A DNA stretch of 64,000 nucleotides from an uncultured Desulfosarcina sp. (GTDB lineage: Bacteria > Desulfobacterota > Desulfobacteria > Desulfobacterales > Desulfosarcinaceae): assembly GCF_963664155.2 (NCBI RefSeq), contig NZ_CAXXXH010000002.1, forward strand, positions 464,189 through 528,188, in the 5' to 3' direction. The position numbers were made by a program, and so were the translations under genes. Below the pieces are notes generated by a model. That model was given only the letters and a program-made list of their open reading frames with translations. It did no database searches and was not told the DNA's origin. The number at the start of each line of letters is the position of its first letter. Positions within the stretch are counted from its first letter, which is position 1. Below, in pieces: positions 31,614 to 41,446 of this stretch.

Positions 31614-31732
31614 ACATTCCCCTTTCCACGTCTTAAATGTGAATTTTGCCATAACATATATCATTTTATAGCGGTTATAATCAAATGGTTGTTGGCGCAG
31701 GTTGTTTTCAATCATTCCTACGGAGCTTCGGT

Positions 31733-34384
31733 TTAGAATGCCCCCCCCATGGAAAACTCCCAGTTGACCCCGGAATCTTCTCCATTTTCTTCGCGGGGAT
31801 CCAGGATGTGGCCACCCTCGATGCGAATCGGTCCGATGGGGGAGTACCACCGAATGCCGTATCCGGCCGCTTGGCGGAGCGTACCAAAATCAATCGTATC
31901 ACCATGTCCAAAAACATTGCCGGTATCATAGAAAACAACACCGACAATGCCCAGATCTTTAAATAGTGGATAGGTGAGTTCAAAATTGAACTGGACAAAC
32001 GATTCGCCACCTTCCTCTGAAATTTGTCCGGCACTGTTTACAGTTTTGATATTGATGTCCTGAAAACCAAAACCACGGATGGAGTTCATGCCCCCTAAAT
32101 AGAATTTTTCATAGTCGGGTAATGTGTATCCGTTTATCTCACTCACATAGCCGGATTTTCCATGCAGAAAAGTTACCAGCCCCTTGTAGACCGGGAGATA
32201 CCAGCCGAGTTCACCCACGACCTTGTTAAAACCGATATCACCACCTAATCCCGCATAAGTGTAAATGAGGCTGTGATCCTGACCCTGTGTGGTGTTGAAG
32301 GCGCGGTCCCTTGAATCATAGCTTAATCCCGTGGTAACGGCGCTGGTGGCGTTTGACCCTTCCAGTTCCTTGATGTTGTCCGATGCGTCCGCAGTGATTT
32401 CTGTAATGTCGGTAACATCGTATCGATAAGACAGGGATACCCGGGTATAATCAAAAATGGGGTAACTGACCCCAAGTCCGCCACCCATGCTGGTTCTGTC
32501 GTAGGTGTCGTAGTCACGATTGGAGCGGTAAATGTTGATTGTACCGGACAGGGGAATGTCGAACATCCATGGTTCCGTGAAGCTCATGTTGTATAGATCC
32601 GACGACCCGCCGATCTGGCCGCTCAGCTTGAGAATCTGGCCGCGGCCGAAAAGGTTTCTTTGGGAAACGGATCCGGTAAAGAAGACGTCGTCCACTGTGC
32701 TGTATCCCGCACCGAATGTGAAGGTGCCTGTGGGTTTTTCCACGACGCTGATTTTTACATCCATCTTGTCTTCAGCACTGCCTTTGGGTGTATCTACTTT
32801 GACATCCTCAAAAAAATCCAGGCGATGGAGATTACGCACACTTCGTTTGAGGCGGCTGCCGCTGTATAGCTCCTGTTCGTAGATGCGAAGCTCCCTGCGA
32901 ATGACTTTGTCCCGGGTACGTGTGTTGCCGGAAATATCGATGTTTTCAAAGAAGACCTTGTCTTTTTTTTGAGCGGAATAGGTGATGTCGATCAAGTGGT
33001 TCTCGGCATCCTCCTTCGTCAAAGGAGAAATATCCGCGTAGGCATAGCCGGCATCCGCATACAGATCGGTCAGCCAAAGGATATCTTTTCTGACCGTTTC
33101 CCGGTTGAAGAAGGGTTCCTTTGAAATCTGAAGCCCGGGCATCAAACGCGCCTTGGGCAGAATCAGGTCCCCATCCATGTCAATGGTGCCTACTTTGAAC
33201 CGCTCGCCCTCTTCGATTTTAAAGGTGATAAATATCCATTTGTCCTCGAAGTCGACTACTGGATCGGCAACTTTGGCATGGATGAATCCCTCGGTGTTAT
33301 AATAAGCCATGAGACGGGCTGCATCTTGATTCAGATCTTCTCGATTCAATTCACCGGAAGAAGTGATCCATGAGAAAAAGCCCTTTTCCGAGGAACTGAT
33401 CAGTTTTTTCAGCTTTTTGTCCGGGAAAGTCCGGTTGCCCTGGAAGGTGATTTTTTTAATTCTGATCTTTTCCCCTTCTTCAATAACAAATTCAATGTCC
33501 GCCTGGTTATTGTCCCGTTCATGAACAGTGTAGTTAATTTTAATATTGTGATAATTCTTCTCCTTATACATGGCTTGGAGTTGCTCGATGTTAGATTTGA
33601 TCGTAAAAATATTCAGAATGGAACCCGTGCTGACGGTTAAATTCTCCCGAAGTTTCTCATCCTTGAAAACCTGGTTGCCGCTGAAGGAGATTTTTCGAAT
33701 AGTAGGTTTCTCCTTGACATTAAAAATGATCAATTTCCCGCCTTCGCTGTCTTCAGCTTCGACGCGGATATCCTCAAAATAACCCATTTTGTAGATATTT
33801 TTCATGTCTTTGGACAGTTCGCCGGCACGCAGCACATCGCCTGCTTTCACCCGTATCACCCGCTCGATGGCATCTGCTTCGATCCGTTTATTCCCAGTGA
33901 CACGGATGCCGGTAATCAGTTCCCGCCGGAACAGTTGTCTCGCCAATTTTTCCGCGGACTTTTTGGCAACGGCTCTCAGGTTTTCCATACCCGAGCCGGC
34001 CTCATATATGGAGAAGACCGGTTTGGTGCCCACTGTTTCAACCATGTTAATGTCAAGGCTGATGTTATCGCCGATACGTGTCATACTTCCCCAGACCACA
34101 CTGTCTGCACCGGCCTTCAGGCCTACCTGCTTCAAGGTTTCAACATCGGAGGTGACGTCTAAAGCGGAAGTTGATTGTGCGTTGTCCATTTCAACAGCAA
34201 CTGCCCCTTCGGTTTGCAGATACTCTTGAATGACTTTGGGTATGTCTTCTGCCAGATAGGACAGGCTCTGGCTGGCATGAATTTCAAAAGGCAACACCAG
34301 CACATGAACCGTTTCAATGGCAGCAGCGGTGTGGGCCACGAGAAAAAGGGAAAAAAACAACACCGGAAAATATCGCCTCAACAT
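31733..34384 (-). CDS. bamA: Outer membrane protein assembly factor BamA with an N-terminal extension
   Basis: POTRA repeats (GNKRIE, GNTRTRDKVIRRE), IRGF, WYSPIGPIRIE, terminal Phe. Confidence 0.95.
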   Translation of the reverse strand: MLRRYFPVLFFSLFLVAHTAAAIETVHVLVLPFEIHASQSLSYLAEDIPKVIQEYLQTEGAVAVEMDNAQSTSALDVTSDVETLKQVGLKAGADSVVWGSMTRIGDNISLDINMVETVGTKPVFSIYEAGSGMENLRAVAKKSAEKLARQLFRRELITGIRVTGNKRIEADAIERVIRVKAGDVLRAGELSKDMKNIYKMGYFEDIRVEAEDSEGGKLIIFNVKEKPTIRKISFSGNQVFKDEKLRENLTVSTGSILNIFTIKSNIEQLQAMYKEKNYHNIKINYTVHERDNNQADIEFVIEEGEKIRIKKITFQGNRTFPDKKLKKLISSSEKGFFSWITSSGELNREDLNQDAARLMAYYNTEGFIHAKVADPVVDFEDKWIFITFKIEEGERFKVGTIDMDGDLILPKARLMPGLQISKEPFFNRETVRKDILWLTDLYADAGYAYADISPLTKEDAENHLIDITYSAQKKDKVFFENIDISGNTRTRDKVIRRELRIYEQELYSGSRLKRSVRNLHRLDFFEDVKVDTPKGSAEDKMDVKISVVEKPTGTFTFGAGYSTVDDVFFTGSVSQRNLFGRGQILKLSGQIGGSSDLYNMSFTEPWMFDIPLSGTINIYRSNRDYDTYDRTSMGGGLGVSYPIFDYTRVSLSYRYDVTDITEITADASDNIKELEGSNATSAVTTGLSYDSRDRAFNTTQGQDHSLIYTYAGLGGDIGFNKVVGELGWYLPVYKGLVTFLHGKSGYVSEINGYTLPDYEKFYLGGMNSIRGFGFQDINIKTVNSAGQISEEGGESFVQFNFELTYPLFKDLGIVGVVFYDTGNVFGHGDTIDFGTLRQAAGYGIRWYSPIGPIRIEGGHILDPREENGEDSGVNWEFSMGGAF

Positions 34385-34534
34385 CGAATCCCCCTGAACA
34401 ATTGCGGTCCTGTCAACGTTTAATCCATTTCAGAATCGGCCGGTATTGGCAAAATGTTTTTTTCGGCAACCATGAGGCAACTTATAAGGGTCTCTTTTTC
34501 TCGCATGCCAAAGGAAAATCAACTTGGCAAGAAA

Positions 34535-35272
34535 TCAATGAAATTCCTGCAGTGCTCCATTGGCGATGGTTACCTGCCGGGATACCAGGGCAGCCAGTTC
34601 CATGTTATGGGTCACCACAACCAGCGCCATTCCCATTTCCTGGTTCAATTCCATCAGTAGGGTGTGGATGTGGGCACTGTTTTTTCGATCCAGATTGCCT
34701 GTCGGTTCATCTGCCAGAAGAATGGCCGGCCGCAGGACCAAAGCCCGGGCCAGGGCCACTCGCTGCTGTTCACCGCCGGATAATTCACCGGCCCGATGGG
34801 TCAGCCGGTCTTTCAGGCCGACACGAACCAGAATTGCTTCTGCAGCCGTCGTTGCCGTTTTTTTGCCCTCACCGCCGATTAGAGCCGGCATCATCGTGTT
34901 CTCCAATGCCGAAAATTCGGGCAGCAGGTGGTGGAACTGAAATACAAAGCCGATAGTCCGGTTGCGAAAACGGGCCAGTTGGCTATCATCCAACTTCAGA
35001 ACATCTTTTCCCGAATATTCCAGGATGCCGCTATCCGGTCTGTCCAAGGTCCCGAGAACGTGAAGTAGGGTAGATTTGCCGATACCCGATGCCCCCACGA
35101 TTCCTATCGTTTCCCCGATGCCCAGTTTAAATGACAACTGGTTGAGGACCACGATGCGGGCCCCACTGTGGTTATAGATTTTGCTGATGCCCGAAGCCTG
35201 GATCAGCGGACTTCCGTGAGGCTGCTGATCGCGGGTTACCTCCCGCTCTGACAGTTCAGTGCCATTATCCAT
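34535..35272 (-). CDS. lolD: Lipoprotein-releasing ABC ATPase
   Basis: GASGIGKST, FQFHHLL, LSGGEQQR, DEPTGNLD. Confidence 0.92.
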   Translation of the reverse strand: MDNGTELSEREVTRDQQPHGSPLIQASGISKIYNHSGARIVVLNQLSFKLGIGETIGIVGASGIGKSTLLHVLGTLDRPDSGILEYSGKDVLKLDDSQLARFRNRTIGFVFQFHHLLPEFSALENTMMPALIGGEGKKTATTAAEAILVRVGLKDRLTHRAGELSGGEQQRVALARALVLRPAILLADEPTGNLDRKNSAHIHTLLMELNQEMGMALVVVTHNMELAALVSRQVTIANGALQEFH

Positions 35273-36500
35273 GACGGATGGCCTCCACCGGATCGATGCC
35301 GGCCGCCTGCCGGGCCGGATAAAGCGTGGCTGCAAAACAGATGATCAGTGCACACAACGCAATCAAGATGACGTCCGATGTCTTCATGTTCACAGGTAAT
35401 GTACTTATATAATATACATCTGCCGGTAGGTGGATAAAGGAATATCGCTTCAGCAGGGTGCACAGAACCAAGCCTGCGGAAGTTCCCAGCACGGTTCCCA
35501 CCAAGCCGATCATCAGGCCTTTGATTACAAAGATGCGTCCGATGGATCTTGCCGTTGCCCCCATGGCTTTCAGAATGGCGATATCCTTTCGTTTTTCCAT
35601 GACCATCATGACCAGGGAGCCGGCAATATTGAATGCGGCAACCAATACGATCAGGGCAAGGATGATGAACATGACGGTTTTTTCCAACCGAAGGGCTGAA
35701 AAGAGATTTCGGTTCATCTGCTTCCAGTTTTCGATGGTGTAGTTTCCGTCCACCAGTCGTTCAATCGTATCGGAAATTTCTTTGACCTTTTCCATATCGC
35801 GGAGGCGAATCTCAATCCCACTAACGGAAGCGGGCATTCGGAGGATCTTCTGGGCCTGCTTCAAATCGATGAAAGCGAGCCTCCCATCAAATTCATACAT
35901 CCCGGATTCGAAAAGGTCGGCGACCTGAAATTTAATCATGGCAGGAATATGGCCGGCCGGTGAGAGCATACCCCGCGGCAAGATTAGGTACACCGTGTCA
36001 CCTCGGATTACACCCAGGTTGGCTGCCAGTTCCTTGCCTAAAATGATGCCGGGAAGGTGATCGTTCCCTTTTGGGGGCTCTTTCGAGGCAGTCCGCGTCA
36101 CTAACCGGCTGTTATCCATCCTGGCGCTGACGCTTTTTCCCTGAACCGCATCAATGCCTTTCAAAACGGCGCCAGCCGCCCGCGTTGTCGTGCGAATGAC
36201 AACCTGCGTGGTGATGTAGGCCGATGCCGTTTCGATGCCATCAACGGGTTTGATTTTTGCCAAAATCTGATTGTAGCCGGTAAAGTCCCCCTGTTTTTTG
36301 GTGAGTACCAGGTGGGGCCGGATTCCCATGATCCGAGATTTGAGATCGCTTTCAAAACCGGCCATGACCGCAATAACCACGATCAGCGCCATGACTCCCA
36401 CGGTGACTCCGGCAATGGACAGGACGGTAATCAGCGAAATAAACGCCCGCTTCTGGCGAGTCCGGAGATAGCGCCCTGATACAAATGTCACAAATGACAT
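35265..36500 (-). CDS. lolC: Lipoprotein-releasing ABC permease LolC/E
   Basis: FISLITVLSIAGV, VAAFNI, DIAILKAMGA, DVYYI, YPARQAA. Confidence 0.92.
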   Translation of the reverse strand: MSFVTFVSGRYLRTRQKRAFISLITVLSIAGVTVGVMALIVVIAVMAGFESDLKSRIMGIRPHLVLTKKQGDFTGYNQILAKIKPVDGIETASAYITTQVVIRTTTRAAGAVLKGIDAVQGKSVSARMDNSRLVTRTASKEPPKGNDHLPGIILGKELAANLGVIRGDTVYLILPRGMLSPAGHIPAMIKFQVADLFESGMYEFDGRLAFIDLKQAQKILRMPASVSGIEIRLRDMEKVKEISDTIERLVDGNYTIENWKQMNRNLFSALRLEKTVMFIILALIVLVAAFNIAGSLVMMVMEKRKDIAILKAMGATARSIGRIFVIKGLMIGLVGTVLGTSAGLVLCTLLKRYSFIHLPADVYYISTLPVNMKTSDVILIALCALIICFAATLYPARQAAGIDPVEAIRHG

Positions 36501-36570
36501 GGCATTTCCGGTAATGGCTGAGGTTGAGAGTTCTCTGCGATAGGTCTTGCCCGATTCTATTGAAACTGAG

Positions 36571-38070
36571 TCAATTGTCTGTTTTTGAAACTCCTGCCCG
36601 GGGCTTCATGTGGGGGAACAGGATAACCTCTCGGATGGACGGGGCGTCGGTCAGCAGCATCACCAGACGGTCGATTCCAATCCCCTGACCGGCGGTGGGG
36701 GGCATGCCATACTCCAAAGCCTCGATATAGTCGTCATCCATAAAATGGGCTTCGTCGTCACCGGCTTTTCTATCTTCCACTTGCTGCAGAAATCTTCCTC
36801 GCTGGTCTTCCGGGTCATTGAGTTCGGAAAACCCGTTGGCGATTTCCCTGCCGGCAATGAACAGTTCAAACCGTTCGGTCAGGTCCGGATGGGTGTCGCT
36901 TCTTCTTGACAGCGGGGAGACTTCGGCCGGATAGCCGGTGATAAAGGTGGGCTGGATTAATTTGGGTTCAACAAGGGCATCGAACAGTTTGGTGATCACT
37001 TTTCCCAAACGACCGGTTTTCGTTACCGTAATACCCTGGGACGCCGCAAATTCAAGCAAACGGTCTTTGTCGCTCAACAATGACGAATCGACTCCGCCGA
37101 TCTGTTCCAGGGAGTCGAACAGGGATATTCGTTTCCACGGTCCTCCCAGTTCGATTTCATTACCTTGATAGTTAACGACGGTACCGCCGGTTATTGCTTG
37201 AGCAATTTGCGCAAACATTTGTTCGGTGAGGTCCATCAAGTCTTCATAGGTGGCGTAGGCCTGGTAAAATTCAACCATGGTAAATTCCGGGTTGTGCTGG
37301 GTGGAGACGCCTTCGTTTCTGAAATTGCGGTTGATTTCAAAGACCCGTTCAAACCCGCCCACCACCAGGCGCTTGAGATAAAGTTCCGGAGCGATGCGAA
37401 GATAGAGATCCATGTCCAGCGCATTGTGGTGGGTTTTAAAGGGAGTTGCCTCGGCGCCGCCCGGTATTGGCTGCATCATAGGTGTTTCCACTTCCAGAAA
37501 ATCACGGGACAGGAAAAAGGAGCGCATGGCCTGGATGATCTGGCTACGTTTGATAAAAATTTCCTGAACATCCGGGTTCATGATCAGGTCGATGTAGCGC
37601 TGTCGGTAACGCTTTTCCGGATCTTTAAGCCCGTGAAATTTTTCCGGAAGTGGCCGGGTTGATTTGCAGACGAGATGAATGCGGGTGGCCAGAAGGGTCC
37701 ATTCGCCGGTCTTGGTACGAAACAGGGTCCCCGCAATTTCAACGAAATCCCCGACATCAAGGCGTTTGAACAGATCATATGACCGATCCCCCACCCGGTC
37801 CTTGCGCACATAAGCCTGCATGAGGCCGGTTCGGTCCTTGAACCGGACGAAAGCGGATTTCCCGAAACGATTGATGGCCATCATCCGTCCTGCCACGTTG
37901 AACTGGGCCGGATCCTCTTGTTGTTCATCCGACAGGTCTTGAAGATGACACTGGATATCCCTGATGGTATGATCGACGGCCAAGCCGTTGGGGAACAGAT
38001 TGATTCCGTCTGCCTTCAGGCCCTCCGCTTTTTCTTTTCGCTTGCTCAGCAAGTCTTTTGCATTGTCCAT
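36571..38070 (-). CDS. lysS: Lysine--tRNA ligase (class II)
   Basis: PLPEKFHGL, RYRQRY, EVETPMM, FRNEG, HNPEFT, YGMPPT. Confidence 0.97.
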   Translation of the reverse strand: MDNAKDLLSKRKEKAEGLKADGINLFPNGLAVDHTIRDIQCHLQDLSDEQQEDPAQFNVAGRMMAINRFGKSAFVRFKDRTGLMQAYVRKDRVGDRSYDLFKRLDVGDFVEIAGTLFRTKTGEWTLLATRIHLVCKSTRPLPEKFHGLKDPEKRYRQRYIDLIMNPDVQEIFIKRSQIIQAMRSFFLSRDFLEVETPMMQPIPGGAEATPFKTHHNALDMDLYLRIAPELYLKRLVVGGFERVFEINRNFRNEGVSTQHNPEFTMVEFYQAYATYEDLMDLTEQMFAQIAQAITGGTVVNYQGNEIELGGPWKRISLFDSLEQIGGVDSSLLSDKDRLLEFAASQGITVTKTGRLGKVITKLFDALVEPKLIQPTFITGYPAEVSPLSRRSDTHPDLTERFELFIAGREIANGFSELNDPEDQRGRFLQQVEDRKAGDDEAHFMDDDYIEALEYGMPPTAGQGIGIDRLVMLLTDAPSIREVILFPHMKPRAGVSKTDN

Positions 38071-38681
38071 GGTAACCCCGATTGAAATTGGTTCCGCTTC
38101 TATTTCTATTATTTGCTGCTGTCGATCTCTCTTAATCGTATAGCCCATCGGCTGTTGACTGATGCCGGATTAACCGCCCAGCCTAAAAATCGTAAACCCC
38201 TTCTGCTATCTTATTTGGTGTATGGTGTCAAGGATAGGCAATTTATGGCGAATGTCGGCGAGTGTTTTATACAGTACGGCGAACGGGGATTCTATTATTT
38301 TGCCCTGCTTCAATGATCCAAGAAAAAATCGGTTTGTCGGGCGACAGGGCGTCGAGATTGACAAAAACCGGTTAACACGGTTTCTGCCACCTACACCGAT
38401 ATCCTTGCGCCAATGGGCAGGAATGACCCATAGACTTTGTGCAAGGCGCAAAATAAAATTGAGATTATTGAACAATGACTTCTGGCGGGTCTCGGACGCG
38501 TTTAATTTTCGGACTTCCGTCGCTACCCTTCCGTCAAACGGCTCTGGGGGGGACAGGATCATGTCGCGAAAACCGCTATCGGGAAGTGTCCGCCTGTCAC
38601 AGGATACCGTTCCCCCCTTGAGAACCGGAAGCCGGGCAAACGATTGGTCCGGGCCGAAAGTAAGGGCTTGCAGCAATGGGA

Positions 38682-39191
38682 TCAGCAACAGCCGGAGTCC
38701 CCGCAGCCGCATCCGCCGCTGGAACAGTCGGAGCTGCATCCACTGTGCTGTTGCGTAGCGGTTTTGCTGATGCCCACCACCTCGATCTTGAAGGTCAGGG
38801 ATTGGCCGGCCAGGGGATGGTTGAGATCGAAAATAACTTTTTCATCATCTATGCAGTCAACCCGGGCAGGAATCTGCTGACCCTGGGGTGTACTCAACAT
38901 CAATGTCTGGCCCACTTCGGGTTCCATTCCGGCGGGGATATCGGATTTGGGAAAGTCGTGCATCCGGCTGTCATCCCGATGGCCATAGGCTTCTTCCGGA
39001 GAGAGGGTGAAGGTTTTGGTTTCGTTGATTGACATACCCATGATCGCTGATTCAAAACCGGGGATGACCTTGCCGGAACCCATTTGAACTTCCATGGGCT
39101 GGCAACCTTCACTGGAATCGAAAATTTCTCCATTGTCCAGCGTTCCGGTATAATTGACGCTTACGAACAATCCGCTTTTAGCTTTTTCCAT
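38682..39191 (-). CDS. slyD: FKBP-type PPIase, SlyD-like, with a Cys-rich tail
   Basis: YTGTL, FDSS, IPGFE, PEEAYG, DLNHPLAG. Confidence 0.88.
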   Translation of the reverse strand: MEKAKSGLFVSVNYTGTLDNGEIFDSSEGCQPMEVQMGSGKVIPGFESAIMGMSINETKTFTLSPEEAYGHRDDSRMHDFPKSDIPAGMEPEVGQTLMLSTPQGQQIPARVDCIDDEKVIFDLNHPLAGQSLTFKIEVVGISKTATQQHSGCSSDCSSGGCGCGDSGCC

Positions 39192-39399
39192 TTGATAACT
39201 CCTTCACTTTTTTTGAATAGTTTCAGACAAAATTGGGACGAATCCTTTAAAGTCAAGGCATTATTCAGGAAGGGGAGATTCCGGTGTTTTCGTTTTGGCC
39301 TGATTCTTTGCGACAGAGATATCGCCCCCTGTCTTCTTGACAGATACCTGGTTTGCTGTAATGTCAGTCATAAATTTTTCAACCGCCCGGAGGTGAAGC

Positions 39400-40776
39400 A
39401 TGCGAATCGAAAAAGACTCGATGGGGGAAAAACAGGTTCCCGAAAACGCCTGGTACGGGATTCATACCGCTCGTTCCCTGGAAAATTTTAATGCTGCCGG
39501 TGAACCGGTGCCCCTGGCGATCGTTCACGCCATCGTTCAGTTGAAAGCGGCTTGCGCCACGGCAAATGAGCAGCTCGGACTTCTTGATCCTGATCGTTCA
39601 CAGGCGATTCGCAAGGCCTGCGCAACGATACTCACCGGGGCGCACGATGACCAGTTTTCCATCGATATCTTTCAGGCCGGATCCGGCACGTCCACCCAGA
39701 TGAATGTCAACGAGGTGATCGCCAATCTGGCTGCTGTGGAACTTGGAGGAAAGCGTGGAGACAGGGATTTGATCCATCCCAACGATCATGTGAACAAAGG
39801 GCAATCCACCAATAATGTATTTCCCTCGGCCATTCGATTGGCATCTGTTCAGTTGGGCCGTCGGCTTGAAGCGGTAATCGATGGACTGATGGCCTCATTT
39901 GGAGAAAAGGCCGGACAGTTTGTCATGATTGCCAAGAGCGGACGCACCCATCTTCAGGATGCGGTCCCCGTCACATTAGGCCAGGAGCTATCCGCATACG
40001 CCCGTGCACTGGAAAAGGCGAAAACGCGAGTGGCTGCCGCCAGTCTGAACCTGCTGGAGATTGGCGTCGGGGGCAATGCGGTGGGAACCGGAATCAATAC
40101 CAAGCCGGCTTTTCGATCCCATATCGTAAAGGCGCTCAACGATTCAACCGGGCTGTCATTCAACGTGGCGGACAACGGCGTCGAAATAACCCAGTTCTTG
40201 ACGGATATGGGTCAGATGTCCGCGGTCCTTCGATTGTTGGCTCTGGATCTTCTAAAGATCTGCAACGATCTGCGTCTGCTGGCCTCAGGGCCCAACACGG
40301 GCATCGGCGAAATCCGGCTGCCGGCAGTAGAGCCCGGTTCTTCCATTATGCCGGGAAAGGTCAATCCCAGCATCTGCGAGGCTGCCAACATGGCCTGCAT
40401 CCAGGTGATCGGATATGATACCGCCGTGGCCATGGCCTGTGGGCTGGGTCAATTGGAGCTCAACACCCATATGCCGCTGATCGGCGCAAATCTGGTGAAG
40501 TCATTGAATATCTTGATTCGCACCTGCACCATGCTGGATGAGAAATGCATCCAGGGCATTGGTGCGGATGAAGAGAAATGTCGGCAGAACTTCGAATCCA
40601 GTGCCGGTTTGGCCACCATCCTGAACCCGGAGTTGGGTTACGACAGGGTAGCGGCTTTGGTCAAGGAGGGACTGGCCAGCGGTAGAACCCTGAAAGCTGT
40701 AGTTCTGGAAAAGCGCCTAGTGTCAGAAACACAGCTGGAGCACCTGCTGGCCGGTGCCTTCGGTCCGAACCTCTGA
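39400..40776 (+). CDS. aspA: Aspartate ammonia-lyase / class II fumarase family
   Basis: RIEKDSMG, GQSTN, GRTHLQDAVP, signature GSSIMPGKVNP; aspA versus fumC not resolved. Confidence 0.8.
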   Translation: MRIEKDSMGEKQVPENAWYGIHTARSLENFNAAGEPVPLAIVHAIVQLKAACATANEQLGLLDPDRSQAIRKACATILTGAHDDQFSIDIFQAGSGTSTQMNVNEVIANLAAVELGGKRGDRDLIHPNDHVNKGQSTNNVFPSAIRLASVQLGRRLEAVIDGLMASFGEKAGQFVMIAKSGRTHLQDAVPVTLGQELSAYARALEKAKTRVAAASLNLLEIGVGGNAVGTGINTKPAFRSHIVKALNDSTGLSFNVADNGVEITQFLTDMGQMSAVLRLLALDLLKICNDLRLLASGPNTGIGEIRLPAVEPGSSIMPGKVNPSICEAANMACIQVIGYDTAVAMACGLGQLELNTHMPLIGANLVKSLNILIRTCTMLDEKCIQGIGADEEKCRQNFESSAGLATILNPELGYDRVAALVKEGLASGRTLKAVVLEKRLVSETQLEHLLAGAFGPNL

Positions 40777-40867
40777 TTCGGCAACCACCATGACTTGATG
40801 GCGAAGTGCCGGATGGGTTTTCCGCGATTGCGCATCAAAGATCCTGTTCGTGCTATGCAATAAGGAA

Positions 40868-41446
40868 CTATACCGTCAGGCGTTTGTCGAACAAACTCCG
40901 GTTTTCCTCCAGCATGGTGCCGGACATGAGATCCGCCATGGCGGCCTGGTAATGCTTCCGGTTGATACCGGGGATCAGCCCGTGGCGATGGATTTCCGAC
41001 AGCACGGCCATATTCTGCATGCGGATATCCGGCAGGTCCGTTTGAAATACGGATATGACTTGAATGCCCCGCCCCCGGCAAAGATCCCGGATGTCATTTT
41101 CGGTGACTTCCGCCGCTTGGTTCAGTCTGACGGGAAGCGGCTGCCATACGGTATTATAGTAGATCAAGCACGCCCTGTCCTTCAGGACCGTTCCTGCCGC
41201 CCGCAGGGCTTCGTGGCGCTCCAGTGAAATCACCAGATCCGCCTGCCCGGATGGAATAAGGGGTGAGAAGACGGTATCGCCCATGCGTATCTGGGATACG
41301 ACGATTCCTCCCCGCTGGGCCAGTCCGTGGGTGTCCACGCTTTTTACCGGATGGCCGGCGTGATCCGCCGCCCTCAGGATGATTTCACTGATCAGGCCGA
41401 TGCCCTGGCCGCCCACACCGGTCAGATAGATGCTGAAGGCCTTCAT
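40868..41446 (-). CDS. iorB: Indolepyruvate:ferredoxin oxidoreductase beta subunit
   Basis: GVGGQG, HGLAQRGG; overlaps the iorA stop. Confidence 0.9.
   Translation of the reverse strand: MKAFSIYLTGVGGQGIGLISEIILRAADHAGHPVKSVDTHGLAQRGGIVVSQIRMGDTVFSPLIPSGQADLVISLERHEALRAAGTVLKDRACLIYYNTVWQPLPVRLNQAAEVTENDIRDLCRGRGIQVISVFQTDLPDIRMQNMAVLSEIHRHGLIPGINRKHYQAAMADLMSGTMLEENRSLFDKRLTV

Noticed and set aside
31614-31850. Long N-terminal extension of Skp
   Set aside because: It overlaps bamA; the signal peptide and RBS fit a start at 31613.
38600-38684. Selenocysteine read-through at the slyD TGC-TGA end
   Set aside because: No convincing SECIS hairpin, and the read-through peptide is uninformative.
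38206-38758. Two opposing ORFs of about 177 aa upstream of lysS, or a lysine riboswitch/T-box
   Set aside because: No motifs or RBS, both overlap slyD, and no aptamer signature was seen; treated as intergenic.
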